From the NCBI RefSeq assembly GCF_018389705.1, contig NZ_CP065581.1:270001-302000 (forward strand): 32,000 nucleotides of DNA, given 5' to 3'. This document shows positions 21,055-32,000 of the stretch, in pieces. The stretch is from Mycoplasma mycoides subsp. capri (GTDB lineage Bacteria > Bacillota_I > Bacilli_A > Mycoplasmatales > Mycoplasmataceae). A program made the translations under genes and the position numbers. The number at the start of each line of letters is the position of its first letter. The first letter of the stretch is position 1. The notes under the pieces are model-generated. The model ran no database searches. It was not told where the DNA came from and saw nothing but the letters and a program-made list of their open reading frames with translations.

Positions 21055-24000
21055 ATGATGAGTATGAAAACTAAAAATAAAAAAAATAAATGATTAGGAT
21101 TAATTTTAAAAAACTCTTTAAAAAATTCTTTTAAATATAAATCACAATTGTTTGGTTTAGTTTTATTAGTAATGATTATGAGTTTAATTATGTCTTTAAT
21201 ATCTGCAATTAATTCTAGAGTTTTAGATAAGTATGATGATTTAATTACTAATTCTAATCAACACAATTTAGTTTTAAAACTAGATCCTTATGAAAATGTA
21301 TCAACTAGTTTAATTACTTCTAATAACCAAATTCAAGTTCAACAACAATATATAAATCGCTTAAATGAGAAATTATATTCTAGATATAATTTTAAGTTTG
21401 ACTGATCAAGAACTGAATCTCGCGAATTTAAACAAGTTAAATCTTTAAATAATTTACAAACTTTAAAAGCTGTTTCTAAACAATATTTAACTGATAATAA
21501 AGTTGATCAATTAGTAATTGTTAAAGGTAGAAATATAAATTCTAATAAAGAAGTTTTAATTGATCCAATTTATGCTAAAAAACATAATATTAAAATTAAT
21601 GATATTATTAGATTTCAAAAAGATGTTTTAGGAGATCAATTATTAGTAAATTCATTAGAAAATAAAACTACTACAAAACAACAATTTGAAGATATTAATA
21701 AAATCACAAAGCAAGGACTAACTGATAATAATGGTATTTATCAAATTAAGTACGCAAGTAGTTTTGATTGATATCAAGTTGTTGGTTTTGCAAACTCTGC
21801 TGATTTTATTTTTCCAACAATTAATGCTTATTCACCAATCCCAAACCGTTTAAATGAAGGAATTATTTATGTTGATCCTTTAAGATTTGGTTTAATTAAA
21901 CAAACTGATGGATTTTATAAATATGATTCAACTAGTTCTAAATTAGTTGTAAGTTCAAATAATGAGTGAGAATCTTTTTATTCACTAAAAACTAATCAAA
22001 AATTAAGTGATGAAATTATTGATTGAATGAATCAATATTTTAGTCAACTAATTAATAAAAAAGCTCAAGATAAATGAATTTATAAATTAGAAGATCCAAA
22101 TTATAGATTTAATTCTAGAACTAGTGTTATTAAAAAAACAATCGGTGCTTATAATATTTATTCATTTATTGTTTTATTAGCAGTTATTAGCGTTGTTTTA
22201 TATACTACTTTTTTAATTACTAAAAAACAAATTTTAAACTCTCGTGGTCAAATTGGAACAATGAGAGCTATTGGATATAAAAAACGCCAAATGGTACTTA
22301 ACTATGTGATGATGCCATTTTTTACAAGTATTGTTGGTGGAATTTTAGGATATATTTTATCTTGTTTAATTTCAATAATTATTATTAATAGATTTTCTAA
22401 TTATTTTAGTCTAGATTATGGTGTTTTTAGTTTTGATTGAATTGGGTTATTAAACAATCTAATTTTTATGTGACTAATAATTTCAGCTATTTCATTTTTA
22501 ATTGGTTATTTAATTATGAAAAAAGGAGCTATTAATTTATTAGAAAATAGAAATGCTAAAAAAATCTCAAAATTAGGTAGTTTAATTAAAAGTTTATCTA
22601 ATAAGAGAAAGTTTAATCATCGTTTAAGAGCTGCTTTATTAGTTAATTCTGGATCTAAACTCACTGGAGTTGGATTTGTTGTTTTAATTGCTACAATTTT
22701 ATTTACTATTTCTTTTGTTTCACCAAATTTATTAAAAAATAATAAGATTTATGCTTATAATGGTGTTAAATACAACCAAATTGTTGAATATAGTCAACCA
22801 ACTTATAACAACCCTTTTTCTTTTATAAGAGTTTTTAATCCTGATAAAAAATCAGATGATAAATATAATATTATAAAAAATAATAATAGATATTTAGCAA
22901 CCTCTTTACCTACTAAAGATAATCAATATGATTTACAAACTATTATTAATGATTATTTAAATCAAACTTATAATAATGCTTATTATAGTTTAGCTATTGA
23001 CTTACAAGATAAACAAGAAGTTCAAGCAATTAATTTAGCTTTATCTAATATGAAATTATTACAAGCTCAAGATATTGCTTTAACAAAACAATATTTTAAA
23101 TATATTTCAAGCTTATCTATAACACCTAGTTCAATTCATCATATTTTGTTAAAAAATTGACCTGATTATGATAATTTAATTAATAAGTTAAAAGAAATTA
23201 AAGAAAATGAATTTGAAACTTTATTAAACCAGTTTAAATATTTACAACAATTTTATGCAACTTATACAAATAGTATTGGTTTAGCAATTAATAGATCTTA
23301 TATTAATAGTTTTGATTTAAAAGATAAAAAAGATTTAAGAATTCAAAAATTTAATAATAATAGTTCTGAACAAAACAATTTAAAAACTAAAGCTTATGAT
23401 GATATTTTAAATAGTGATTTATTAGCATTATCTAAATCAAGTTTTTCTTCAAAAGAATTTAAGGATAACATAATTGATCAGTTTAAATTAACTAATAGTG
23501 ATTCTAGTTTAGGTATGTATCATATTTTAGATAATAAGTGAAATAAATCTAATTCTATATCTGATCAATTTTTAGATATTTCTGCTTTTGATTTTATTAA
23601 TAAAAAATATAAATTAGATGATTTAAAAGATTTAGTTGCAAAATTAGTTTTATGATTTAGTGTAATGTTTTATAAAAGAGATGATCAAGCTTTAATTCAA
23701 GCAGCTTATTCACGTGCTCCTTATTTTGTAAAACAAAACTTAAAGATTTCATATAATAGTAATAAAGATTATACTTTAGGATTTAATTTAACTACTTTTA
23801 ATAAAAACTATGAACAATTAGGAACTTTATTAAATGTAAAAACATTAGATAATAAACATACATTTAAGATTTATGGAATTTTAAATAACCATGATTATAT
23901 TAATTTATATGATCAAAATAAAACTGATTTAATTAAAAAGTTGTTTGATTCAGAACAAAATAGTATTATTATTAATCAAACTATAGCAAAAAGATTAAAT

Positions 24001-25209
24001 TTAAAACCTAATGATAAGATTTCATTAAATGTTTTACAAAATGAACTACAACATATAAAAAATAATAAAACTACTGTTTTTAAAACTGATGATTGATCTA
24101 TGAAACAAGATACAAGTTATGATAGTTTTATTCAAAGATCAGATATTAGTACAAATAATTTAAAAGTTAAAACTAATAATAGTGTTTTAGAATTAAATAA
24201 TGGTTTTTCAGATGTTAATAGTTATTATAAAAGTTATTTAGATAATGAATTAAAACTTGGAACTAAAATTCAAAACAAAACATTTAAAATAGTTGGTATT
24301 CATGATGGATATAATGAAAATATGGCTTGAATCAAAGAAAGTGATGCTCAAGAAATTTTAAATTATAAACAAAACAAATCTATTTGATGAAAAGATATTT
24401 TTGCACCTCAATGAAACAAAACTTTTTCATCAATTCAAGCAAAACAAGTTTTAAATGATAGTTTAGATTTAAATAATAAATCTTTAACTGATTATAGTTA
24501 TGAACAATTTGTTAATGAATTTATTAATAATAAAAATCATAAGAATCATAAAATAGCTAAAAAAGTTTTACAAATCTTTGATAATCAATTTCCAATTTTT
24601 AATTACAAATATTCAAAAAGTAATGATATTGGTAATTTAGATACAATAGTTTCAACTTATTCAAAAATTGCTGATTATAATCCTGTTAGTTTAAATGGAC
24701 AGCATTTAGAAAATAAAACTAGTTATGATGGAATTGGACAAGGAGTAATTCAAACTATTACTCCAATTCAAATCACAAAACAAATTCTAGATCAAATCTC
24801 TAATTTAGTAATGTTAGCTTTAGTTTTAGCAATTATTACAATATTAATGATTGCATTTGTAATTATTTTATTAACAACATCATTAATTATTTCAGATAAT
24901 ACTAGGTTTATTGCTACTTTAAAAGTTTTAGGTTATTCAAATAAATACATTACAGAAAATATTTTAGGAATGTATTTTATAGTTATTGCTAATATGTTAG
25001 TAATTGGATTTATTAGTGGTTGGTTTATTTTTGAGTCAACTATTAAGTCATTATATTCAATTATAGTTCTACCAATTATTTTTCCAATTTGATTACCTTT
25101 TGCTGTGATTCTTGCAGTTAGTGGAATATATTTGATTACTTTAATTGTTGGATTTAATTCAATTTATAAAACTGATGCAACTTTAACTTTAAAAGATAAT
25201 GATGTATAA
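21055..25209 (+). CDS. Large FtsX/MacB-type ABC transporter permease (exact start uncertain: 21055, 21058 or 21064)
   Basis: Single frame (~1384 aa) checked codon by codon across the segments missing from the track; only TGA interrupts. Hydrophobic segments near the N-terminus, in the middle (KKTIGAYNIYSFIVLLAVISVVLYTTFLITKKQILNSRGQIGTMRAIGYKKRQM) and at the C-terminus (LLTTSLIISDNTRFIATLKVLGYSNKYITENILGMYF), typical of FtsX-like domains with two long extracytoplasmic regions. Confidence 0.85.
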
Positions 25210-25248
25210 AAAAAGATGTATGAATCAATTGCATTTTTAGTAGTTATA

Positions 25249-25277
25249 TTGATAAATAGCTTAAGATTATATATAAT
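25249..25277 (+). promoter_or_regulatory. Promoter for rplM-rpsI (TTGATA-N17-TATAAT)
   Basis: TTGATA 25249-25254, exact TATAAT 25272-25277, 17-nt spacer. Confidence 0.7.
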
Positions 25278-25295
25278 AAATTAATGCTTATCACA

Positions 25296-25327
25296 CTTTA
25301 AAGACCCCGGACAAGTCAATTAAAGGA
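25296..25327 (+). promoter_or_regulatory. Candidate rplM leader hairpin overlapping the Shine-Dalgarno
   Basis: CTTTAA (25296-25301) pairs with TTAAAG (25320-25325); GAC (25303-25305) with GTC (25315-25317); right arm overlaps AAAGGA SD. Confidence 0.45.
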
Positions 25328-25338
25328 AGTTAGCACAA

Positions 25339-25794
25339 ATGAAACAAACTACAATGATTTCTGCAAAAGACATCAATAAAAAATGATATATTGTTGATGC
25401 AGAAAATAAAACTGTGGGGAGATTAGCAACTCAAGTTGCTCTTGTATTAAGAGGAAAACATAAAGTTGATTTTACTCCACATATTAATAATGGAGATCAC
25501 GTTATTATAATTAATGCTGAAAAAGCAATTTTTTCTGGAAAAAAAGAATCTAATAAATTCTACTATCACCATTCAATGCATCCTGGTGGATTGAAGAAAA
25601 GAAGTGTTGAAGTTCAAAGAGAACTAGATGCTACTAAGATTTTAGAAAGAGCTATTAGATTAATGCTTCCAAAAAACGTTCAAGGTTCAAACCAATACAG
25701 AGCTTTACATGTATTTAAAGGTTCACAACATCCATTTGCTGCACAAAAACCTGAAGTTTTAGAAATTTCAACTAAAAAAGGAGACGTTAAATAA
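25339..25794 (+). CDS. rplM: 50S ribosomal protein L13
   Basis: 151 aa: [62 protein letters not shown]; TGA Trp in KKWYI hides the true start in the track. Confidence 0.97.
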
Positions 25795-26192
25795 TGTTTA
25801 AAGATAAAGTTATTTACAGAGGAACTGGTAGAAGAAAATCATCAATTGCTCAAGTTATCTTAACTCCTGGATCAGGTTCAATTACAGTAAATGGAAAACC
25901 AGCTTTAGAATTCTTCCCATATGCTACTTTAGTTCAAGATTTAGAACAACCATTAGTAGCAACTAATACTTTAAAAGATTTTGATATTATTGTTAAAGTT
26001 ATTGGTGGGGGATTTACAGGTCAAGCTGGAGCAACTAGATTAGGTATTGCTAGAGCTTTACTACAAGCTAGTGAAGATTATAGAAAACTTTTAAGAGATC
26101 AAGGGTTATTAACTCGTGATGCTCGTATTAAAGAACGTAAAAAATATGGTCTACGTGGAGCACGTAGAGCACCTCAATACTCAAAACGTTAA
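25794..26192 (+). CDS. rpsI: 30S ribosomal protein S9
   Basis: 132 aa, [29 protein letters not shown]...[27 protein letters not shown]. Confidence 0.98.
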   Translation: MFKDKVIYRGTGRRKSSIAQVILTPGSGSITVNGKPALEFFPYATLVQDLEQPLVATNTLKDFDIIVKVIGGGFTGQAGATRLGIARALLQASEDYRKLLRDQGLLTRDARIKERKKYGLRGARRAPQYSKR

Positions 26193-26199
26193 TCTCCAG

Positions 26200-26228
26200 A
26201 GCAACACATTTTGTGTTGCTTTTTATTT
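26200..26228 (+). terminator. Intrinsic terminator after rpsI
   Basis: Perfect 9-bp stem AGCAACACA-TTT-TGTGTTGCT followed by TTTTATTT. Confidence 0.9.
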
Positions 26229-26350
26229 GTTTAGTATAAAATTAATATGTCATAAAATTTTGTGTCACTTATTAAGCTTGTTGTATTAAAAATAAGATAT
26301 TCTTAATATGTTATAATTTTTATAATTGTCATTATTTTAAAGGAGTTTTT

Positions 26351-29143
26351 ATGAAGAAAATACTTGCTATTTTGAGTTCATTAACTTTAGTAAGTACTGG
26401 TGTATTTTCAACTGTTTTAGCTTGTAAAAAAAACCCAACTCCAACAACAAAACCAAATACAAATAATAATAAAGTACTTAAAAATAATTCTTTAGATAAT
26501 ATTAAAACAACTTCAGCTACGCTTTTAAAACAAGCTGTTTTAGCTGATATGTATGGTTATAATTTTGATTTTTTAAAATCTTATTTTAATAATAAAAACT
26601 TAAACGAACAAGCAAAAAAATATAAATTAAATACTGAAATTAAAGATAACATTACTTTATCAACAGATTTTGAAGATGCTTTAACTAATTATTTTTCAAC
26701 TAATTTAGTTATTAAAAAAAATGATAATGTTAATTTAGATGGGATTAAAGGAACTGATATAGATTTTTTAACTTCGGTTTTACCAAAAACAGTATTTGGA
26801 ACTACTAGTAAACAAATTAGTGCTGCTATTTCTATTATTTTAGAAAATATAAGTGGTGCTGGAATAACAGGTTTATTAGATCTTGCAAAAAATATTGATA
26901 TTAATAGTAAGTTTAGTGATTTTGTTAAAAATCTAAAAGTAAGTAAAGAATTAATAACAACACTTTTAAACACAATATTTACTAATGAGAAATTTTTAAA
27001 AGAATTAGAAGAAGAAATAGAAAAATTTGATGCTTTAACTTTATATAAAGATTTTGAATTATCTGAACTAAGTAATTTAGCTCTTTTAAATATATTAGAT
27101 GGTATTAATGGTATTTTAGATAAAGATTATCAGTTAGTATCTAGTGATATTAAAAAAAATAATGGTTTAAGTTTAAATGTAAGATTATGAAACACTTCAA
27201 AAACATTTATTAATAAAGTAGCAAAATTTGATCCAAGTTCAAATGTTGCTACAATTTCATCATTATCTAATAGTACTAGTCCAACAATTCTTCCTGCTAA
27301 TATCAAAAGAAATATCAAAACAGCTGCTAGCTTAATTAGAGGATTAGAGCTATTTCAGTATTTATTTAGTTTATTTGATGAATCTAGAAAAGATGAATTT
27401 AAAATTTCTGATGAAAATATTTTTGATAAAAGCAAAAAAAATAGTCAGTTTTTTAAAGAAACATATAAGTTAAATGACTCAAATGGTGGATCTAATAATG
27501 GTTCTAAAATAGAGAGTCTAAAGAAAAATGGGACTTCAAATGGTTCTACTTCTCAAACAACATTAAATTTAAAATATATAATTGATACTTTACAATACTA
27601 TTTAGGAAATTTAGATAAATCTGATAAAGCTTATCGCTTAAGACAATTTATAGGTATTTTATTTTCTGGAAAGTATACTGAAAATAGTTATAAATCAGAA
27701 AATAATAGCAGCAATAATTCTAATGAATATAAGAGTCTTTTCTTTGAATTTAATGGAAATAGTGGAAATCAAATAAAAGAAATTAAATTAAATGGTTTTC
27801 AAATTTTTCTAACTTCAATTTTATTTGAATCTCTTTCAAATATTAAATTACAAAACATAAAGATTGAAAGTGGTATATTTAGTTTAGCAAAACCATTTAT
27901 AGAAAAAATTAACCTTAAAAATTTCTTTGAAAGTGATGTATTTCTTAAACAAGGCTTGGCAGACTTTCTTATTTCATTAATGAACTTAATTACAGATTCT
28001 TTTGTATATAATCAACCACTAATTAATGATAATTTTGATAAAATACTAGAAAATTTATCTAAAATACTAAAAAATTTAAAAATAGAAGATTTATTAAAAG
28101 GTTTATTTAATGAAAATAATGGATTAGTAGGCTCTCTTAAATCATTAATAGAAAATTATATTAAATTTGATGATATTTCTAAAAAGATAGATGACTTTAT
28201 AAAAAATAAAGAAACATATTCTCTAGTTAAAGCAGGAATTAAGTCATTTATTCCAATTCTTGGTGAAAAGTTTTTTGAATATATTTATGATGGTAAAGTA
28301 GAACAAACATTTGATACACTAGCTAATCTATCAAATGATGTTCTTATAAGAACACTTGTAGAAAAACTAAAAATTCAAATACCAGCAGCATTAAATTTCA
28401 TACTACCTTACTTTAAAAAAATCGCTATGAGTTTGAGAACAATTTTTCCACCTGGTGTTCATTTAAATCTTAAGAATTTATTTACTATAAAATTATCTGA
28501 TTTTATTAAATTAGAAAATAAACCAAATTTTGGTTCTGATTATTTAGATAAATCTATAACCACAATTTTAAATGAACTATCTAATGCAGGAACTTCATCA
28601 TCTAAATTAAAAGAATTGGACAATGCATATGGTTTCAAAATAGACTCATTAAAAGAATTTATTAATAAAATTTTTAAATATGATTATAAATGAAATGGCG
28701 CTAACTCAGAAAACGGAGGAAATCTAATTTCATTACTTTTAAATAACCCTAATAAATTTAAAGAGATTATAGGTTTAACCGAAGAAGGAATGAAAAAAGA
28801 TTCAAATTCATTAATTGATATTTTATCAAACAAATTAATTCCAAATGATAAATCTAAAAATCAAGATAGTTTACAATGATTTGCTAGTGTATTAAATAAA
28901 GTTATTATTAATTTAAACAAAAAACCTAATTTTACAACTAGTTTAGAAAAACATTTTAATGATGATAAATTTAATAATTTTGAATTTAGTGATACAAAAA
29001 CTGAAAAATCTGGTTTAATAACTTCTCAAACTATTTCAACTACAATTAACAATCAAAAATATACATTAGTTATAACTAGAGATCCTAAACAGCCTACATT
29101 TATAGTAGAATCTTTAACAAAACAATTAGTACAAAATAATTAA
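26351..29143 (+). CDS. Surface lipoprotein, 930 aa, function unknown
   Basis: One frame from ATG 26351 to TAA 29141-29143, read through TGA=Trp codons; signal peptide MKKILAILSSLTLVSTGVFSTVLAC with lipobox; Asn/Lys-rich linker follows Cys. Confidence 0.88.
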
Positions 29144-29215
29144 TTAATATTTGAATAAAATTTAAGATATTATCTTGAATTTATAATAAAAAAAATATAA
29201 TATTATTTTGTTATT

Positions 29216-29292
29216 CGGAATATAGCTCAGCTGGTTAGAGCACTCCGCTGATAACGGAGAGGTCGTTGGTTCAAGTCCAATTATTCCGACCA
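29216..29292 (+). tRNA. tRNA-Ile (anticodon GAU)
   Basis: Acceptor CGGAATA/TATTCCG, D-stem GCTC/GAGC, anticodon stem CTCCG/CGGAG with loop CTGATAA, T-arm GTTGG-TTCAAGT-CCAAT, encoded CCA. Confidence 0.96.
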
Positions 29293-29308
29293 TATGAATA
29301 TTAATTTT

Positions 29309-29334
29309 GACACCAATTGGTGTCTTTTTTTTAT
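29309..29334 (+). terminator. Intrinsic terminator after tRNA-Ile
   Basis: GACACCAATTGGTGTC palindrome followed by a run of Ts. Confidence 0.85.
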
Positions 29335-29430
29335 ACTTTTTTATATAATTAATTAATAGTTATTCATATTCTTATTTAAATATTTTTTTTACAAAATAAA
29401 AGTTAATTAATTACATTAAGGAGTAATCAT

Positions 29431-31845
29431 ATGGATTTTTCACATAAAGCTATTGAAAAGAGATGACAAAAGTATTGAAAAGAAAATAACATTTATAAAA
29501 CTACTAATAATAGTGAAAAAAAAGCTTATATTTTAGATATGTTTCCTTATCCAAGTGGATCTGGATTACATGTTGGTCATATCAAAGGATATACAGCAAC
29601 TGATGTTTATAGTAGATTTAAAAGAATGCAAGGATATGATGTTTTACATCCAATTGGTTGAGATGCATTCGGATTACCAGCTGAACAATATGCTTTAAAA
29701 ACAGGAAATGATCCTAGAGAATTTACTTTACAAAACATTGAAAATTTTAAAGTTCAACTTAATAAAATGGGATTTAGCTATGATTATGATAAAGAAATAA
29801 ATACAGCTGATCCAAATTACTATAAAATTACTCAATGAATTTTTAAACAACTTTATAAAAAAGGTTTAGCTGAAAATAGAGATATTGATGTTAATTGATG
29901 TCAAGAACTAGGAACTGTTTTAGCAAATGATGAAATTATTGAAAAAAATGGTTTAATGGTTAGTGAAAGAGGAGAATATCCTGTTGTTAAAAAAAAGATG
30001 CGTCAGTGAGTTTTAAAAATTACTGATTATGCAGATAAACTTTTAGATGGGTTAGATAATTTAGATTGACCAAATTCTGTAAAAGAATTGCAAAGAAATT
30101 GAATTGGTAAATCTGAAGGTTGTGAAATTAACTTTAAATCAAATGATATTGATATTCCAGTTTTTACTACTAGAGCTGATACTATTTTTGGAGCAACTTA
30201 TATTGTTTTAGCTCCAGAAAATGAACTTGTTTTAAAACTAACAACACCCGAAAAATTAGATGAAGTTAAAAAATATATTGAACTAACTGCTAATAAATCT
30301 GAAATTGAAAGAAAAGATGAATCTAGAACTAAAACTGGAGTATTTATTGGAAGTTATGCAACAAATCCATTAACTAAAGAACAAATTCAAATTTGAATTA
30401 GTGATTATGTTTTAAATGATTATGGATCAGGAGCTATTATGGCAGTTCCAGCTCATGATAAAAGAGATTGAGATTTTGCTACTAAATTTAATTTACCAAT
30501 TAGATTTGTAATTCAAACTAAAGATCAATCTAAAGCTTTTGTTGGTGAAGGAATACATATTAATTCAGAATTTTTAAATGATCTTGATAGAGTTCAAGCT
30601 TTACAAGTAATCCATGATTATGTTGAAAAAAATAATTTAGGTAAGAGAAAAATTAATTATAAATTAAGAGATTGATTATTTTCAAGACAAAGATTTTATG
30701 GTGAACCTTTTCCTGTTTTATATGATAAAGATAATAATATTGTTTTAATTGAAGATAACAATTTACCAATTACACTTCCAACAACAGATTATATAAAACC
30801 AACTAATACTGGTGAAAGTCCTTTAGCTAATGTTAAAAATTGAGTAAATGTAAAAATTGGTGATAAAGAATATAAAAGAGAAACTAATACTATGCCTCAA
30901 TCAGCAGGATCTAGTTGATATTTTATTGCTTATATTCTAGCTAATTCAAAAAATAATTTAATTGATTTAACTAGTGATGAAGCTAAAAAAAGATTAGAAA
31001 AATGACTACCAGTTGATTTGTATATTGGTGGTCAAGAACATGCAGTTGGTCATTTGTTATATTCTAGATTTTGAACTCATTTTTTATATGATTTAGGATT
31101 ATTACCAACAAATGAACCATTTCAAAGATTATTTAATCAAGGAATGATATTAGGACCTGATAATAGAAAAATGTCTAAATCTTGAGGAAATGTTATTAAT
31201 CCAGATGATGTTATTGATACACATGGTGCTGATGCATTAAGATTGTATGAAATGTTTATGGGTCCATTAGATGCTAGTTTACCTTGAAGTTTTGATGGAT
31301 TAGATGCTAGTTTGAAATGATTAAATCGTTGTTATAGAATGATTAATAAAATTGAGTTTAGTAATACTAATAATCACAAATTAGATTATGTTTATAATGA
31401 TGTAGTTAAAAAAGTAACTCAAATGATTCAAGAACTAAAATTTAACACAGCAATTAGTCAATTAATGGTTTTAGTAAATGCAATTTATAAAGAAGAACTA
31501 AATACAGTTTATAAACAATATATTGAAGGTTTTGTAAAAATGTTAAGTTTATTTGCTCCACATTTAAGTGAAGAATTATGAGAAAAACTAGGAAATAACT
31601 CTAGTGTAACTTTACAAACTTGACCAGAATTTGATGAAACTAAAATAATTAAAAATACAGTTGTTATTGCTTTACAAGTTAATGGAAAATTAAGATCAAC
31701 AATTGAAGTTGAAAAAGGAACAGACAAAGAAACTTTAATAAATTTAGCAGAAAAAAATGAAAATATTATTAAATTTATTAAAGATCATAAAATCTTAAAA
31801 CGTATAGCAGTTATTGATCGAATTGTCAATATAGTAATTGAGTAA
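29431..31845 (+). CDS. leuS: Leucyl-tRNA synthetase
   Basis: 804 aa with TGA=Trp; [56 protein letters not shown]; later [14 protein letters not shown]; SD AAGGAG. Confidence 0.98.
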
Positions 31846-31869
31846 AAAGGTAGAAAATACCTTTTTTAT
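31845..31869 (+). terminator. Intrinsic terminator after leuS
   Basis: AAAAGGTA-GAAAA-TACCTTTT stem followed by TTATTTT. Confidence 0.8.
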
Positions 31870-31911
31870 TTTGCAAAATTATATAATTACTTTTGTAGAA
31901 AAGGAGTTAAA

Positions 31912-32000
31912 ATGAAAAAAACCGTTAAATTAACAATCATTTTATTAGTTGTTGCAGTAATTTATTTTGGTTATTCAGCTTGACTTGACGGGGTTGCTAT
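31912..32000 (+). CDS. N-terminus of a membrane/signal-anchor protein, truncated by window edge (SecD/SecDF-like is a guess only)
   Basis: ATG after AAAGGAG; MKKTVKLTIILLVVAVIYFGYSAWLDGVA, one hydrophobic segment; too short to identify. Confidence 0.6.

Noticed and set aside
21055-25209. Interpretation of the permease as a decayed pseudogene or several small genes
   Set aside because: All apparent breaks are TGA codons; no TAA or TAG interrupts the frame in the segments checked.
26689-27318. Minus-strand ORFs within the lipoprotein gene
   Set aside because: Antisense to a continuous 930-codon frame, no RBS or motifs.
1-32000. CRISPR arrays, IS elements, toxin-antitoxin, restriction-modification or phage modules
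   Set aside because: No regularly spaced direct repeats, transposase motifs, terminal inverted repeats or defence-gene motifs were seen on either strand by eye.

Overview
This window reads as a Mollicutes chromosome using genetic code 4 (TGA = Trp), probably from the Mycoplasma mycoides/capricolum-Spiroplasma side by synteny and composition (inference). All supported genes are on the + strand. In order they are: (1) the 3' end of a GH13 alpha-glucosidase; (2) a stand-alone dhaK; (3) the S10-spc-alpha ribosomal cluster, rpsJ rplC rplD rplW rplB rpsS rplV rpsC rplP rpmC rpsQ rplN rplX rplE rpsN rpsH rplF rplR rpsE rplO secY, then a strong intrinsic terminator, then adk map infA rpmJ rpsM rpsK rpoA rplQ; (4) an energy-coupling-factor module, ecfA1 ecfA2 ecfT, with truA; (5) one ~1384-aa FtsX/MacB-type permease; (6) rplM-rpsI behind a consensus promoter and a short leader; (7) a 930-aa lipoprotein; (8) tRNA-Ile(GAU); (9) leuS; (10) the start of a signal-anchor protein. 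The supplied six-frame track stops at TGA, so it fragments many real genes; I re-joined these by reading in frame. I found no CRISPR array, transposon, phage module or defence system, and nothing I would call a previously undescribed biological system. The points most worth a second look are small: a hairpin overlapping the rplM Shine-Dalgarno, an attenuator-like hairpin between infA and rpmJ, a structured rplW/rplB junction, lineage-type extensions on L29, S5 and EcfA1, absence of rpmD, an isolated dhaK, an orphan giant permease, and an altered TruA active-site motif.
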